Shown here: positions 7,057 to 16,131 of the stretch, in pieces
Position numbering within the stretch: position 1 is the first letter of the stretch
Layout of the letters: each line of letters opens with the position of its first letter
From: Flavobacteriaceae bacterium
Lineage (GTDB): Bacteria; Bacteroidota; Bacteroidia; Flavobacteriales; Flavobacteriaceae
Reading direction: 5' to 3'
Assembly (NCBI GenBank): GCA_013043825.1
Contig: JABDNM010000214.1
Location: forward strand, 1-49,410
DNA: 49,410 nucleotides
The notes under the pieces: generated by a model
What the model was told of the DNA's origin: nothing
The model's database searches: none
What the model saw: only the letters and a program-made list of their open reading frames with translations
Position numbers and translations under genes: made by a program

Positions 7057-8847
7057 ATGTCAAAATTTCAAGATTTAGGCTTGGAAGAGCAATTTCTTCA
7101 AGCCATCTCCGATCTGGGTTTCGAAACGCCCAGTGAAGTTCAGGAGAAAACCATTCCCATTTTATTAGAACAGGAAACCGATATCGTTTCCCTGGCCCAA
7201 ACCGGAACAGGAAAAACGGCCGCATTTGGTTTCCCCATGCTTCAGAAGATACAAGCAGACAGCCGGACCACTCAAGGTCTCATTCTCTCTCCAACACGTG
7301 AACTCTGCCTTCAGATCACAGAGGAGTTGAAGCTCTATGGGAAATATGTTAGCGGACTCAATATAGTTGCGATCTACGGCGGTGCGAGTATCACCGACCA
7401 GGCAAGAAAGATCAAGAAAGGCGCTCAGATCATTGTTGCTACCCCAGGTAGAATGAAAGATATGATAGGGCGAGGAATGATCGACATTTCCAAGATCGAG
7501 TATTGCGTATTGGATGAAGCCGATGAAATGCTGAACATGGGATTCTATGAGGATATTACAGAGATCCTTTCACACTCTCCTAAGGACAAAAGCACCTGGT
7601 TGTTCAGTGCGACCATGCCCAAGGAAGTAGCATCCATAGCTAAAAAATTCATGCATGAGCCCATAGAGATTACTGTGGGAACCAAGAACGTGGGCTCTAA
7701 GAATGTATCTCACGAATACTACCTGGTAAATGCCCGGGATAGATACCAAACCTTAAAACGTTTGGCAGATACCAATCCGGAGATCTTCTCGGTGGTGTTT
7801 TGCCGAACCAAGCGCGATACACAGAAAGTTGCAGAGTTGTTGATCGAAGATGGTTACAGTGCCGGCGCTTTGCACGGAGACCTTAGTCAGAATCAACGAG
7901 ACCTGGTCATGAAATCTTTTCGAACCCGGCAGATCCAAATGTTGGTTGCCACCGATGTGGCGGCACGCGGGATTGACGTGGAAGACATCACTCACGTCAT
8001 CAATTACCAACTACCAGACGAGATTGAAACTTATACTCATCGCAGCGGGCGAACCGGACGAGCAGGAAAGACAGGGGTCTCCATGGTCATCGTTTCTAAA
8101 AGCGAACACCGAAAGATCAAGGCAATTGAAAAGATCATTCAAAAGGAATTCGTCAAAAAGGACGTGCCTTCCGGAATGGAGATCTGCGGTATTCAACTGT
8201 TCCACCTTGCTAATAAAGTAAAGGACACCGATGTGAACCATGAGATCGATGCTTATCTACCGCAGATTAATAAGATCATGGCAGATTTCTCCAAGGAGGA
8301 TCTTATAAAAAAATTCTTCTCGGTAGAGTTTACGCGGTTTTACAATTACTATAAGAGGGCAAAAGACCTGAATGTCGATGCCAGTCATGGTTCCGACAAG
8401 GAATATTCGAAGAATAGCGTTCGTTATTTTGTGAATGTTGGGAGAAAGGATGACCTGGAGTGGATGGATTTGAAGGACCTTATTCGCGAACTAACAAAAC
8501 TGGGAAAAGACGATGTTTTTCATGTGGATACCATGGATTCCTTTTCCTTTTTTAATACAGACGAAAAGCACAGTCAGCTAGTTTTGGATGCCGTCAGCGG
8601 CATAGAGGTCAATGGGCGCAAAGTAGATATAGAGATCTCCAAAGATCGTGGCAGAAAAGGTGGACGAGGAAAGAAAGGTGGGGACCGCGGAGGAAGACGG
8701 AAAGGTGGAAAAGATCGCAAATTCGAAAAAAGAGGTCGAAAATCGGAAGGCAAAAGCGATTCAAAGTTTCAAGGCAGAAGTAGAAGACGAAGCAGCGCTC
8801 CCCCGGCATCAAAAGGAACCGGTGGTAGGAGAAGAAGACGAGGATAG
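7057..8847 (+). CDS. DEAD-box RNA helicase (DeaD/CsdA-like) with DbpA-type RNA-binding domain and Arg/Gly/Lys-rich tail
   Basis: AQTGTGKT, PTREL, TPGR, DEAD, SAT, ARGID and HRSGRTGR; basic low-complexity C-terminus. Confidence 0.95.
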   Translation: MSKFQDLGLEEQFLQAISDLGFETPSEVQEKTIPILLEQETDIVSLAQTGTGKTAAFGFPMLQKIQADSRTTQGLILSPTRELCLQITEELKLYGKYVSGLNIVAIYGGASITDQARKIKKGAQIIVATPGRMKDMIGRGMIDISKIEYCVLDEADEMLNMGFYEDITEILSHSPKDKSTWLFSATMPKEVASIAKKFMHEPIEITVGTKNVGSKNVSHEYYLVNARDRYQTLKRLADTNPEIFSVVFCRTKRDTQKVAELLIEDGYSAGALHGDLSQNQRDLVMKSFRTRQIQMLVATDVAARGIDVEDITHVINYQLPDEIETYTHRSGRTGRAGKTGVSMVIVSKSEHRKIKAIEKIIQKEFVKKDVPSGMEICGIQLFHLANKVKDTDVNHEIDAYLPQINKIMADFSKEDLIKKFFSVEFTRFYNYYKRAKDLNVDASHGSDKEYSKNSVRYFVNVGRKDDLEWMDLKDLIRELTKLGKDDVFHVDTMDSFSFFNTDEKHSQLVLDAVSGIEVNGRKVDIEISKDRGRKGGRGKKGGDRGGRRKGGKDRKFEKRGRKSEGKSDSKFQGRSRRRSSAPPASKGTGGRRRRRG

Positions 8848-8935
8848 TCCATTGTTACACGTTTTTTTTGCGCTTAACGTAGTTTTGGCAAGGAATTCGC
8901 ATCGAAATATGTACATTTAGCCTGTAAATGCAGCT

Positions 8936-9718
8936 ATGAAGAAGCTTTTATTCTTATTATTTCTACTCATTGCCCCACTTATTTCGATTGCCCAAGAGGG
9001 TGAAATTATTGTTGGTGTAGTGCTAAATGATGCCAACGATTCTCCCTTGGAGAACGTAAATATTGTCAATCTCAACCAGGTTATTGGAACCACTTCCGAC
9101 AAGGACGGGATTTTCGAAATGCGGGCAGCAGTAAATGATACCATCTATTTTTCGTATCTGGGATTCAAGTCCATCCGTGTACGTGTTACCAACGACTGGA
9201 TGAAATTTGGCGAGGTTAAAATAAAAATGACCGAGCTGGGTATTGCGCTGGAAGAGGTCGTGCTGAAGCCCGTGGAATTAACCGGTTATGTTGAAGTAGA
9301 TGCTAAGATTATTCCTATTTATGATAACTACCGTTACCGCATTGCAGGCTTGGGCGGGGGTTACGAAGGTGGCCAGACACAACCCGGGGCTGTATCCAGG
9401 GTATTGAGCTCTATATTCAATCCAGCCGATTTCCTGTATAATGTCTTCGGAAAACGGCCCAAACAGATGCGGAAGTTGCGCAAGATGAAGGAAGACGATG
9501 AGATAAGAAACTTATTACAATCCAAATTCGACCGGGAGACCCTCATGGCTGTGCTTCAATTAGAACGCACAGATATTGACGAGATCCTGAACAACTGCAG
9601 CTACTCCAATGATTTTATTCGAACCGCTAACGATCTTCAAATCCTGGACGCAATTAGTGAATGTTATGAGCAATACCGGGTACTGAATCGTGCCAAGGAG
9701 AAGCAAAAAGGGAAATAG
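8936..9718 (+). CDS. Secreted protein with carboxypeptidase-regulatory-like N-terminal domain
   Basis: Signal peptide; G.V.....PL..VNI...GT.SD..G.F...SYLGF pattern. Confidence 0.75.
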   Translation: MKKLLFLLFLLIAPLISIAQEGEIIVGVVLNDANDSPLENVNIVNLNQVIGTTSDKDGIFEMRAAVNDTIYFSYLGFKSIRVRVTNDWMKFGEVKIKMTELGIALEEVVLKPVELTGYVEVDAKIIPIYDNYRYRIAGLGGGYEGGQTQPGAVSRVLSSIFNPADFLYNVFGKRPKQMRKLRKMKEDDEIRNLLQSKFDRETLMAVLQLERTDIDEILNNCSYSNDFIRTANDLQILDAISECYEQYRVLNRAKEKQKGK

Positions 9719-9763
9719 CAGCATTCTTTTTATCTTTATCCCTCACACTCATTCCTAATATGC

Positions 9764-11128
9764 ATGCACCAACTCGTTCAACGTCAGCGGGAGTACTTCA
9801 ACACCGGCGCTAGCGTTCCGAAGCAATTCAGAATACAACAACTAAAAAAACTACGATCGGCCCTCAAAGAAAACGAAGCAGCGCTCTTCGAAGCCATTTA
9901 TTCCGACTTTAAAAAATCGCAATTCGACACCTACGTAACCGAGCTTGCGCTGGTATACCAGGACATCGATGAAGCCATCCGTAAGATGGACAATTGGACC
10001 CGTAAACAGCGGGTGAGGACCAATCTTGTAAATTTTCCGGCACGTAGTTATATTCTTCCCGAGCCACTGGGCGTAAGCCTGATCATTGGTGCTTGGAATT
10101 ATCCCATTCAATTATCCTTGGCTCCAGCCGTTGCGGCGATGGCAGCAGGTTGTACAGTGGTAATGAAGCCTAGTGAGATGCCTGCCCACACGAGTACCGT
10201 CCTTGCGAAGATCATTGGGGAAACATTTCCAGCTGAATACTTTACAGTCGTAGAAGGGGGCGTGCCGGAAACTACCGAGCTGTTGAATCAGCGATTCGAT
10301 AAGATCTTTTTTACAGGAAGCACCCATGTAGGTAAGATCGTGTATAAGGCGGCAGCGAAACATCTCACACCCGTGACCCTTGAGCTGGGTGGAAAGAGCC
10401 CGGTTTTTGTGACAGAAAATTGCTCTTCATTAAAACTTGCCGTCCAGCGAATTATCTGGGGCGCGTTCCTGAATGCCGGACAAACATGCAATTCTCCCGA
10501 CTATATCCTGGTGCACAGAAGTAAGGAGGTGAAGTTCCTGGAATTATGTAAAAAGGAAATAGCAAAACGGCAAATTGCTGTTGAGCATGGTAATTATTCA
10601 CAGATCATCGATGAGCGCAACTTCGACCGACTCGCGGCTCTTATCGATCCTGACAAAGTGTATTGTGGCGGTGGAACAGATCGTGAGCAGCGCATCATCG
10701 AGCCCACTATTTTGCAGCAGGTTTCATTCGATGATGAAGTCATGCAGGACGAGATCTTTGGGCCCATACTGCCTGTTATAGTGTATGATGACCTGGACGA
10801 TGCGATCAACTCAGTGCGGAAACTTCCGAAGCCACTTTCTTGCTACATATTTTCAAACAATAGTAATGAAAAGAAAAAAGTATTGGAACGAATTTCTTTT
10901 GGAGGAGGAGGAGCAAACGATGTGGTATCTTATATCGCCAACCCTCATCTTCCGTTTGGTGGTGTGGGCAATAGTGGCATTGGCAAATACCACGGCGAGG
11001 CAGGATTTCAGGCCTTTTCAAACTACAAAGGCATTCTTGAAAAAGGAAATTGGCTGGAGTTGCCGCTTAAATATTACCCCTATTCCAAAACCAAACTATG
11101 GTGGATCAAACAATTTTTCAAGTTTTAG
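9764..11128 (+). CDS. Aldehyde dehydrogenase (ALDH3-like)
   Basis: AWNYP, KPSE, FTGS, LELGGK, GQTC (catalytic Cys), EIFGP and PFGGVG.SG.G. Confidence 0.93.
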   Translation: MHQLVQRQREYFNTGASVPKQFRIQQLKKLRSALKENEAALFEAIYSDFKKSQFDTYVTELALVYQDIDEAIRKMDNWTRKQRVRTNLVNFPARSYILPEPLGVSLIIGAWNYPIQLSLAPAVAAMAAGCTVVMKPSEMPAHTSTVLAKIIGETFPAEYFTVVEGGVPETTELLNQRFDKIFFTGSTHVGKIVYKAAAKHLTPVTLELGGKSPVFVTENCSSLKLAVQRIIWGAFLNAGQTCNSPDYILVHRSKEVKFLELCKKEIAKRQIAVEHGNYSQIIDERNFDRLAALIDPDKVYCGGGTDREQRIIEPTILQQVSFDDEVMQDEIFGPILPVIVYDDLDDAINSVRKLPKPLSCYIFSNNSNEKKKVLERISFGGGGANDVVSYIANPHLPFGGVGNSGIGKYHGEAGFQAFSNYKGILEKGNWLELPLKYYPYSKTKLWWIKQFFKF

Positions 11129-11131
11129 ATT

Positions 11132-11497
11132 ATGGCATATGATGAACACATGGCCGATCGAATTCGGCGAGAGTTTAAGGACAGAAAGGTGGATTTTGAG
11201 GAAAAAAGGATGATGGGAGGGCTTTGTTTTATGGTGAACGATAAGATGTGCTGCGGAATCCACTACGACAAAAAGAAAGAGACCGATTTGCTGATGGCGC
11301 GGATTGGCGAGGAGGCCTCGGAGCAAGCGTTAAAGCAGACTGGATGTCACCCCATGGATTTTACAGGCAGACCGCTTAGGGGTTTTGTGTTTGTGACCCC
11401 GGAAGGGTTTGATTCAGAATCAAATTTGGCAAGCTGGATTCAGCTATGTCTGGACTTCAATCCAATTGCAAAGTCGAGTAAGAAGCGGAAGAAATAA
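11132..11497 (+). CDS. TfoX/Sxy N-terminal domain protein
   Basis: EKRMMGGLCFMVNDKM and MDFTGRPLRGFVFV. Confidence 0.82.
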   Translation: MAYDEHMADRIRREFKDRKVDFEEKRMMGGLCFMVNDKMCCGIHYDKKKETDLLMARIGEEASEQALKQTGCHPMDFTGRPLRGFVFVTPEGFDSESNLASWIQLCLDFNPIAKSSKKRKK

Positions 11498-11554
11498 CTT
11501 CTTTGAAATTCAATTGCTATATTTAGACTGTCAAAGAACACTAGAACACGCCCT

Positions 11555-13213
11555 ATGAAACTAAATTATTCACTACTAGTCCTTTTATTTACTTCAACCT
11601 TATTTTCCCAAAGTCATTTCCTGCCAATTCCAAAATCCAATTATGTAGCAAACCGAAGCGCGCCTGTACAGGTCGTTGCAACTATTGCATACCAGGGTTA
11701 TGACGAAGGACAGGCCTATTTTGGGGAAGGTGAATACGAGATATTTCCAGATTTTATCGATGGAGTGCTGGACAAACCCATCATCGTTCTCGACGGGTTC
11801 GATCCGGGCGATTCGAGGGACATTGGCGGTTTGTATAACATCCTCAGTTTCGACGGGGATAATCTCGCAGATATCCTTCGTGATGAAGGATTTGATATTG
11901 TAATTCTGAACGCACCCCAATATACTACCGATGGAAAAGATATCGATGGGGGAGCCGATTATATTCAACGTAACGCAATGGTACTAGTTGAACTTATTGA
12001 AATATTGAACGACCAAAAAGTAGGGGAGGAAGAGCTTGTAATACTTGGTCCCAGTATGGGTGGCCTCATAGCCCGCTATGCCCTCGCGTATATGGAGCAG
12101 AATACACTGGATCCCGAAACACGTTTGTACATTTCTTTCGATTCCCCACACCTGGGAGCAAATATTCCTATCAGTCTGCAGTACTTGATTAACTACCTGG
12201 CCGAATCTGTTGGAGATCCCGATGCCCAGGCTATCGTCGAGCAAGTGTTAAAATCACCGGCAGCCAAGGAAATGTTGATCGATCATGTATTAGGCCATTT
12301 GGCGGCAGGTTCGACCTTCGAACAGGACCCAAACAAATTATTGCCGGAAGGAGCCCCAAATTTTCGGGACGCTTTTCAAACGGAATTGGACGGGCTTGGT
12401 TTCCCTCAATCGGTGCGCAACGTAAGTATGATCAACGGTAGTGGCCTGGGGGTAGGCACCGGAACTCCGGGGATGCAGGTAATCGACACTACGCTCGACC
12501 TGGCACAATTTGTGACCGCCGATGTTCGGCTTCACTTTTTACCTATGGCAGGACAAACCAATAATGTAACATTTTTCGAAACCTTTATCCTGGGTATATC
12601 GCAGGGTGCGTTTGTGGCCGATGGAGAGTCGTTTCCGTTTAGCGATGGCGTGGACAGTGCTCCCGGTGGTACCGGTAATATCGCTGATGCTCTGGGAGCA
12701 GCCGGTGGTAACCAGGTGATCCTGGACTTCATCGCGGCCCTGGACCAGGAAGAGTATTCGTTTATTCCCACCATTAGTGCGCTGGCCATTGAAAATGAAG
12801 ATGACTGGTACGCATCTCCAGATATAGGCGGCATCCACGATTCTGGATTTGTTAATTCCTTCATTCCCGATATCAACGAACCTCATGTAACCGTAACCCA
12901 GGAAAATGCCCAATTCGCTTTGGATGAGATTAGACAAGGTGTTTTAGGCAATGCAGATCTGGTCCGGGAGCAGCGATACACGCTAATGCAGAATCCGGTA
13001 AAAGATAGGATCAAACTGAAACTAAATCCGGGAATGGATTTTAACCAGGTAGAAATTGCAGTCATTGGAATTGCCGGTCAAACATTAATTCAACAGGAAT
13101 TTTCGAATGAGCATGGAGAAATAGCGATTGAGCAACAGCTTCCAAAAGGATTATACCTCCTCAAAATAAAAGATCCACAAGGCGTCTTCAACCTGAAATT
13201 TTTGGTGAATTGA
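11555..13213 (+). CDS. Secreted alpha/beta-hydrolase with T9SS type A C-terminal sorting domain
   Basis: Signal peptide; GFDPG; nucleophile elbow GPSMGG; SPHLGA; C-terminal NPVKD...LPKGLYLLKI...KFLVN. Confidence 0.82.
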   Translation: MKLNYSLLVLLFTSTLFSQSHFLPIPKSNYVANRSAPVQVVATIAYQGYDEGQAYFGEGEYEIFPDFIDGVLDKPIIVLDGFDPGDSRDIGGLYNILSFDGDNLADILRDEGFDIVILNAPQYTTDGKDIDGGADYIQRNAMVLVELIEILNDQKVGEEELVILGPSMGGLIARYALAYMEQNTLDPETRLYISFDSPHLGANIPISLQYLINYLAESVGDPDAQAIVEQVLKSPAAKEMLIDHVLGHLAAGSTFEQDPNKLLPEGAPNFRDAFQTELDGLGFPQSVRNVSMINGSGLGVGTGTPGMQVIDTTLDLAQFVTADVRLHFLPMAGQTNNVTFFETFILGISQGAFVADGESFPFSDGVDSAPGGTGNIADALGAAGGNQVILDFIAALDQEEYSFIPTISALAIENEDDWYASPDIGGIHDSGFVNSFIPDINEPHVTVTQENAQFALDEIRQGVLGNADLVREQRYTLMQNPVKDRIKLKLNPGMDFNQVEIAVIGIAGQTLIQQEFSNEHGEIAIEQQLPKGLYLLKIKDPQGVFNLKFLVN

Positions 13214-13216
13214 CAC

Positions 13217-13690
13217 TTATTGATGATGATAAGGCTCATTCCGAAGAATCGTAAACCCTCGATACAGTTGCTCCACCACGAACAGGCGCACCATTTGATG
13301 GGAAAAGGTCATGGCAGACAGGGAGACTTTCCCGTTGGCACGCACATACAACTCCTCACTGAATCCATACGGACCGCCTATAATGAATACCAGGTTTTTT
13401 AGTCCGCTGTTCATTTTCTTCTGAAGGAATTTGCTAAAATCCATAGAATTGAATTGTTTGCCTTTTTCGTCCAACAAGATCACATGATCTGAGTTTTCGA
13501 TCTCCTTCAACAGCTTTTTCCCTTCGGCTAGCTTTTGATTTTCCTCCGAAAGATTCTTGGAATTTTTAATATCTGGAATTATCTCCAGGACAAACGGGAC
13601 GTAATGTGTTAGTCGCCTGCTGTAGTCTTCGATCAGATTCTGTAAATTTCGATCGTCTGTTTTACCAACAGCGAGGAGCGTTATCTTCAT
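13217..13690 (-). CDS. rlmH: 23S rRNA pseudouridine-1915 N3-methyltransferase
   Basis: MKITLLAVGKT start at 13690; FIIGGPYG, TFSHQMVR and EQLYRG...PYHH. Confidence 0.95.
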   Translation of the reverse strand: MKITLLAVGKTDDRNLQNLIEDYSRRLTHYVPFVLEIIPDIKNSKNLSEENQKLAEGKKLLKEIENSDHVILLDEKGKQFNSMDFSKFLQKKMNSGLKNLVFIIGGPYGFSEELYVRANGKVSLSAMTFSHQMVRLFVVEQLYRGFTILRNEPYHHQ

Positions 13691-13807
13691 ATTCCAAAAG
13701 TAATTCAATTTGGTCGGTATTCAATGGTCGATGCAATTACCGACTTCCGCAGTTTGGCTTCTCACTTCCGACTTTTTCATTTAAATTAGCGTACAAATAA
13801 CCAATCT

Positions 13808-14665
13808 ATGATCTCCCAGAAGAAATTCAACAAAGAAATCGCCGTTATTATTGCCAATGCCATTCGAGAGGATGTAGGTGACGGGGATCACAGCTCATTA
13901 GCGTGCATTTCGGAAGATGCTACCGGAACTGCCAAATTACTGGTAAAAGATGAAGGAATCATAGCCGGGGTAGATTTTGCCCGGCAGGTTTTTGACTATG
14001 TGGATCCCGGCTTACAAATGGATATTCGAATTGAAGATGGTACTTATGTGAAAGAGGGCGATATTGTTTTCTACATCTCGGGCTTGTCGCAGTCCATACT
14101 TAAATCTGAACGGCTTGTTTTAAACTCCATGCAGCGAATGAGTGCAATTGCTACAAAGACCGAGCAATATGTTCGTTTGCTAAAAGGCACCGGAACGAAG
14201 ATCCTGGATACACGCAAGACTACTCCTGGTATTCGTGCATTGGAAAAGTGGGCCGTAAAAATTGGAGGAGGAGAGAATCACAGGTTTGCGCTGTATGATA
14301 TGATAATGTTAAAGGACAATCACATAGATTTTTGTGGTGGCATCACCAAAGCCATTGCCAAAACAAAAGAATACCTGGAAGACAATAGCATGGACTTAAA
14401 GATCATTGTGGAAGCCAGGAATTTGGACGAAATCGAGGAGATCCTTAAAAGTAAAGGGGTGTATCGAATATTGATCGACAACTTTAATTATGAAGACACC
14501 CGAAAAGCCGTAGAAATGATCGGGGATAAGTGCCTTACAGAATCGAGCGGTGGCATTACTTTGGAGACCGTGAGGAAGTATGCTGAATGTGGAGTGAATT
14601 ATATTTCCAGTGGAGCTTTAACCCATTCGGTACATAACATGGACCTGAGTTTAAAAGCGGTGTGA
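13808..14665 (+). CDS. nadC: Nicotinate-nucleotide diphosphorylase (quinolinate phosphoribosyltransferase)
   Basis: DTRKTTPG, HRFALYD, KDNH, IDN, SGGI and SSGALTHS. Confidence 0.96.
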   Translation: MISQKKFNKEIAVIIANAIREDVGDGDHSSLACISEDATGTAKLLVKDEGIIAGVDFARQVFDYVDPGLQMDIRIEDGTYVKEGDIVFYISGLSQSILKSERLVLNSMQRMSAIATKTEQYVRLLKGTGTKILDTRKTTPGIRALEKWAVKIGGGENHRFALYDMIMLKDNHIDFCGGITKAIAKTKEYLEDNSMDLKIIVEARNLDEIEEILKSKGVYRILIDNFNYEDTRKAVEMIGDKCLTESSGGITLETVRKYAECGVNYISSGALTHSVHNMDLSLKAV

Positions 14666-15603
14666 TGAGTAAAGAGGCCGAGGAAAAACTGGAAAAGATC
14701 CCGATAGTACGAAATATCGTTCGGCTCCTTAAGAAGATTATTTTACCCGGTTTCAAAGGTCTCTCTCTGTACGATCTTCTGGAAATCTACCTGGTTGGGA
14801 TCGTTGAGGGTACCTTTTCATCCAGGGCCAGTTCCATTGCCTATAGCTTCTTTATTGCGTTTTTTCCATTCCTGCTATTCATACTGAACCTGATCCCGGT
14901 GGTTAAGATCGCAAATTTTCAGAACCGCTTATTGGACTTCATACGCGAATTATTGCCCCCACAAACCCAAGAGTTCTTTTATCCAGTAATCGAAGATATT
15001 GCGCTGAACCCTCGAAATAACTTATTGTCTTTTACTTTCTTTTTAACCTTGTTTTTAGCAGCCAATGGGGTAAATTCCATCTTCAGTGCTTTTGAGTATT
15101 CGGTCCATGTTAGTATCAATCGAAATTTTTTCCGCCAATATTTTGTAGCGCTGCTGGTGTCGATCTTCCTGGCACTATTGTTGCTCATAACGGTAGGGTC
15201 CGTCTTGTATGGCGAGTTTTTGATCAACGAGCTTAAACAGGGAGCATATATAAGTGATGACATTTTTTGGGTCAACTTTTTACAGTACACCATATTTATA
15301 CTTATGCTTTATACTTCAATTTCTACCTTATATCATTTTGGCGTAAAAGAAGGCCGGGAAACACGATTTTTCTCGATTGGAGCACTGGTAACTACTCTTT
15401 TGTTTATGCTCACTACCTATCTATTTGGTGTTTATATCGATAATTTTGGTAAATACAATGAGTTGTATGGGTCCATTGGTGCACTTTTGATCATGATGTT
15501 TTATATTTGGCTTAACTCAAATTTACTTTTACTGGGGTTTGAACTGAATATATCTTTACAACGACTTAAAGATATTCGAGACAGTGAACATCCGGTGCTT
15601 TAA
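14665..15603 (+). CDS. YihY/BrkB-family inner-membrane protein
   Basis: Multiple TM segments; AYSFFIAFFP and YGSIGALLIMMFYIW; the ATG overlaps the nadC stop (TGATG). Confidence 0.88.
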   Translation: MSKEAEEKLEKIPIVRNIVRLLKKIILPGFKGLSLYDLLEIYLVGIVEGTFSSRASSIAYSFFIAFFPFLLFILNLIPVVKIANFQNRLLDFIRELLPPQTQEFFYPVIEDIALNPRNNLLSFTFFLTLFLAANGVNSIFSAFEYSVHVSINRNFFRQYFVALLVSIFLALLLLITVGSVLYGEFLINELKQGAYISDDIFWVNFLQYTIFILMLYTSISTLYHFGVKEGRETRFFSIGALVTTLLFMLTTYLFGVYIDNFGKYNELYGSIGALLIMMFYIWLNSNLLLLGFELNISLQRLKDIRDSEHPVL

Positions 15604-15614
15604 AAAATCTGCTT

Positions 15615-16043
15615 ATGAAAAGGACAGCCCTTACAGTCGCTTTCAGTATTTTATTAGTTTATGTGGGATATTCCCAGGACGTCTTCGGAAAATGGAAAAC
15701 GGTAGACGATAGTACGGGAGACGCCCGTTCCATCATAGAGATTTACGAGGATAATGGAAAGGTTTATGGTAAGATCGTCGACCTCATCAATCCCAAACAA
15801 AAAAATCCTATTTGTGACAAGTGTTGTTGTGAAGATAAAGACCAACCTGTCGTTGGACTCACCTTTATTAAAGGACTTCAAAAGGATGGCAACGAATACA
15901 ACGGCGGCAAGATACTGGACCCCGAAAACGGAAAACTTTACAAATGTTATATTACCCTGGAAGATGAAGAAACCTTGAAGGTTCGCGGCTATATTGGTAT
16001 TTCCTTGCTGGGCAGAACCCAATACTGGTATCGCGTGAAATAA
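15615..16043 (+). CDS. DUF2147 domain protein
   Basis: Signal peptide; GKWKT, GKILDPENGK.Y and LKVRGYIGISLLGRTQYW. Confidence 0.88.
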   Translation: MKRTALTVAFSILLVYVGYSQDVFGKWKTVDDSTGDARSIIEIYEDNGKVYGKIVDLINPKQKNPICDKCCCEDKDQPVVGLTFIKGLQKDGNEYNGGKILDPENGKLYKCYITLEDEETLKVRGYIGISLLGRTQYWYRVK

Positions 16044-16066
16044 GCATTGTTTATAAGTTCAATGGT

Positions 16067-16096
16067 AGGCTGCACGATTATTGTGCGGCCTTTTTT
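16067..16096 (+). terminator. Rho-independent terminator
   Basis: AGGCTGCACGA-TTA-TTGTGCGGCCT followed by a T-run. Confidence 0.8.
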
Positions 16097-16131
16097 AATT
16101 TTATCCAAATCCAATGATCTAAAATTCCGGT

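Noticed and set aside
8640-8847. Purine-rich low-complexity stretch
   Set aside because: Fully explained by the Arg/Gly/Lys-rich tail of the DEAD-box helicase.
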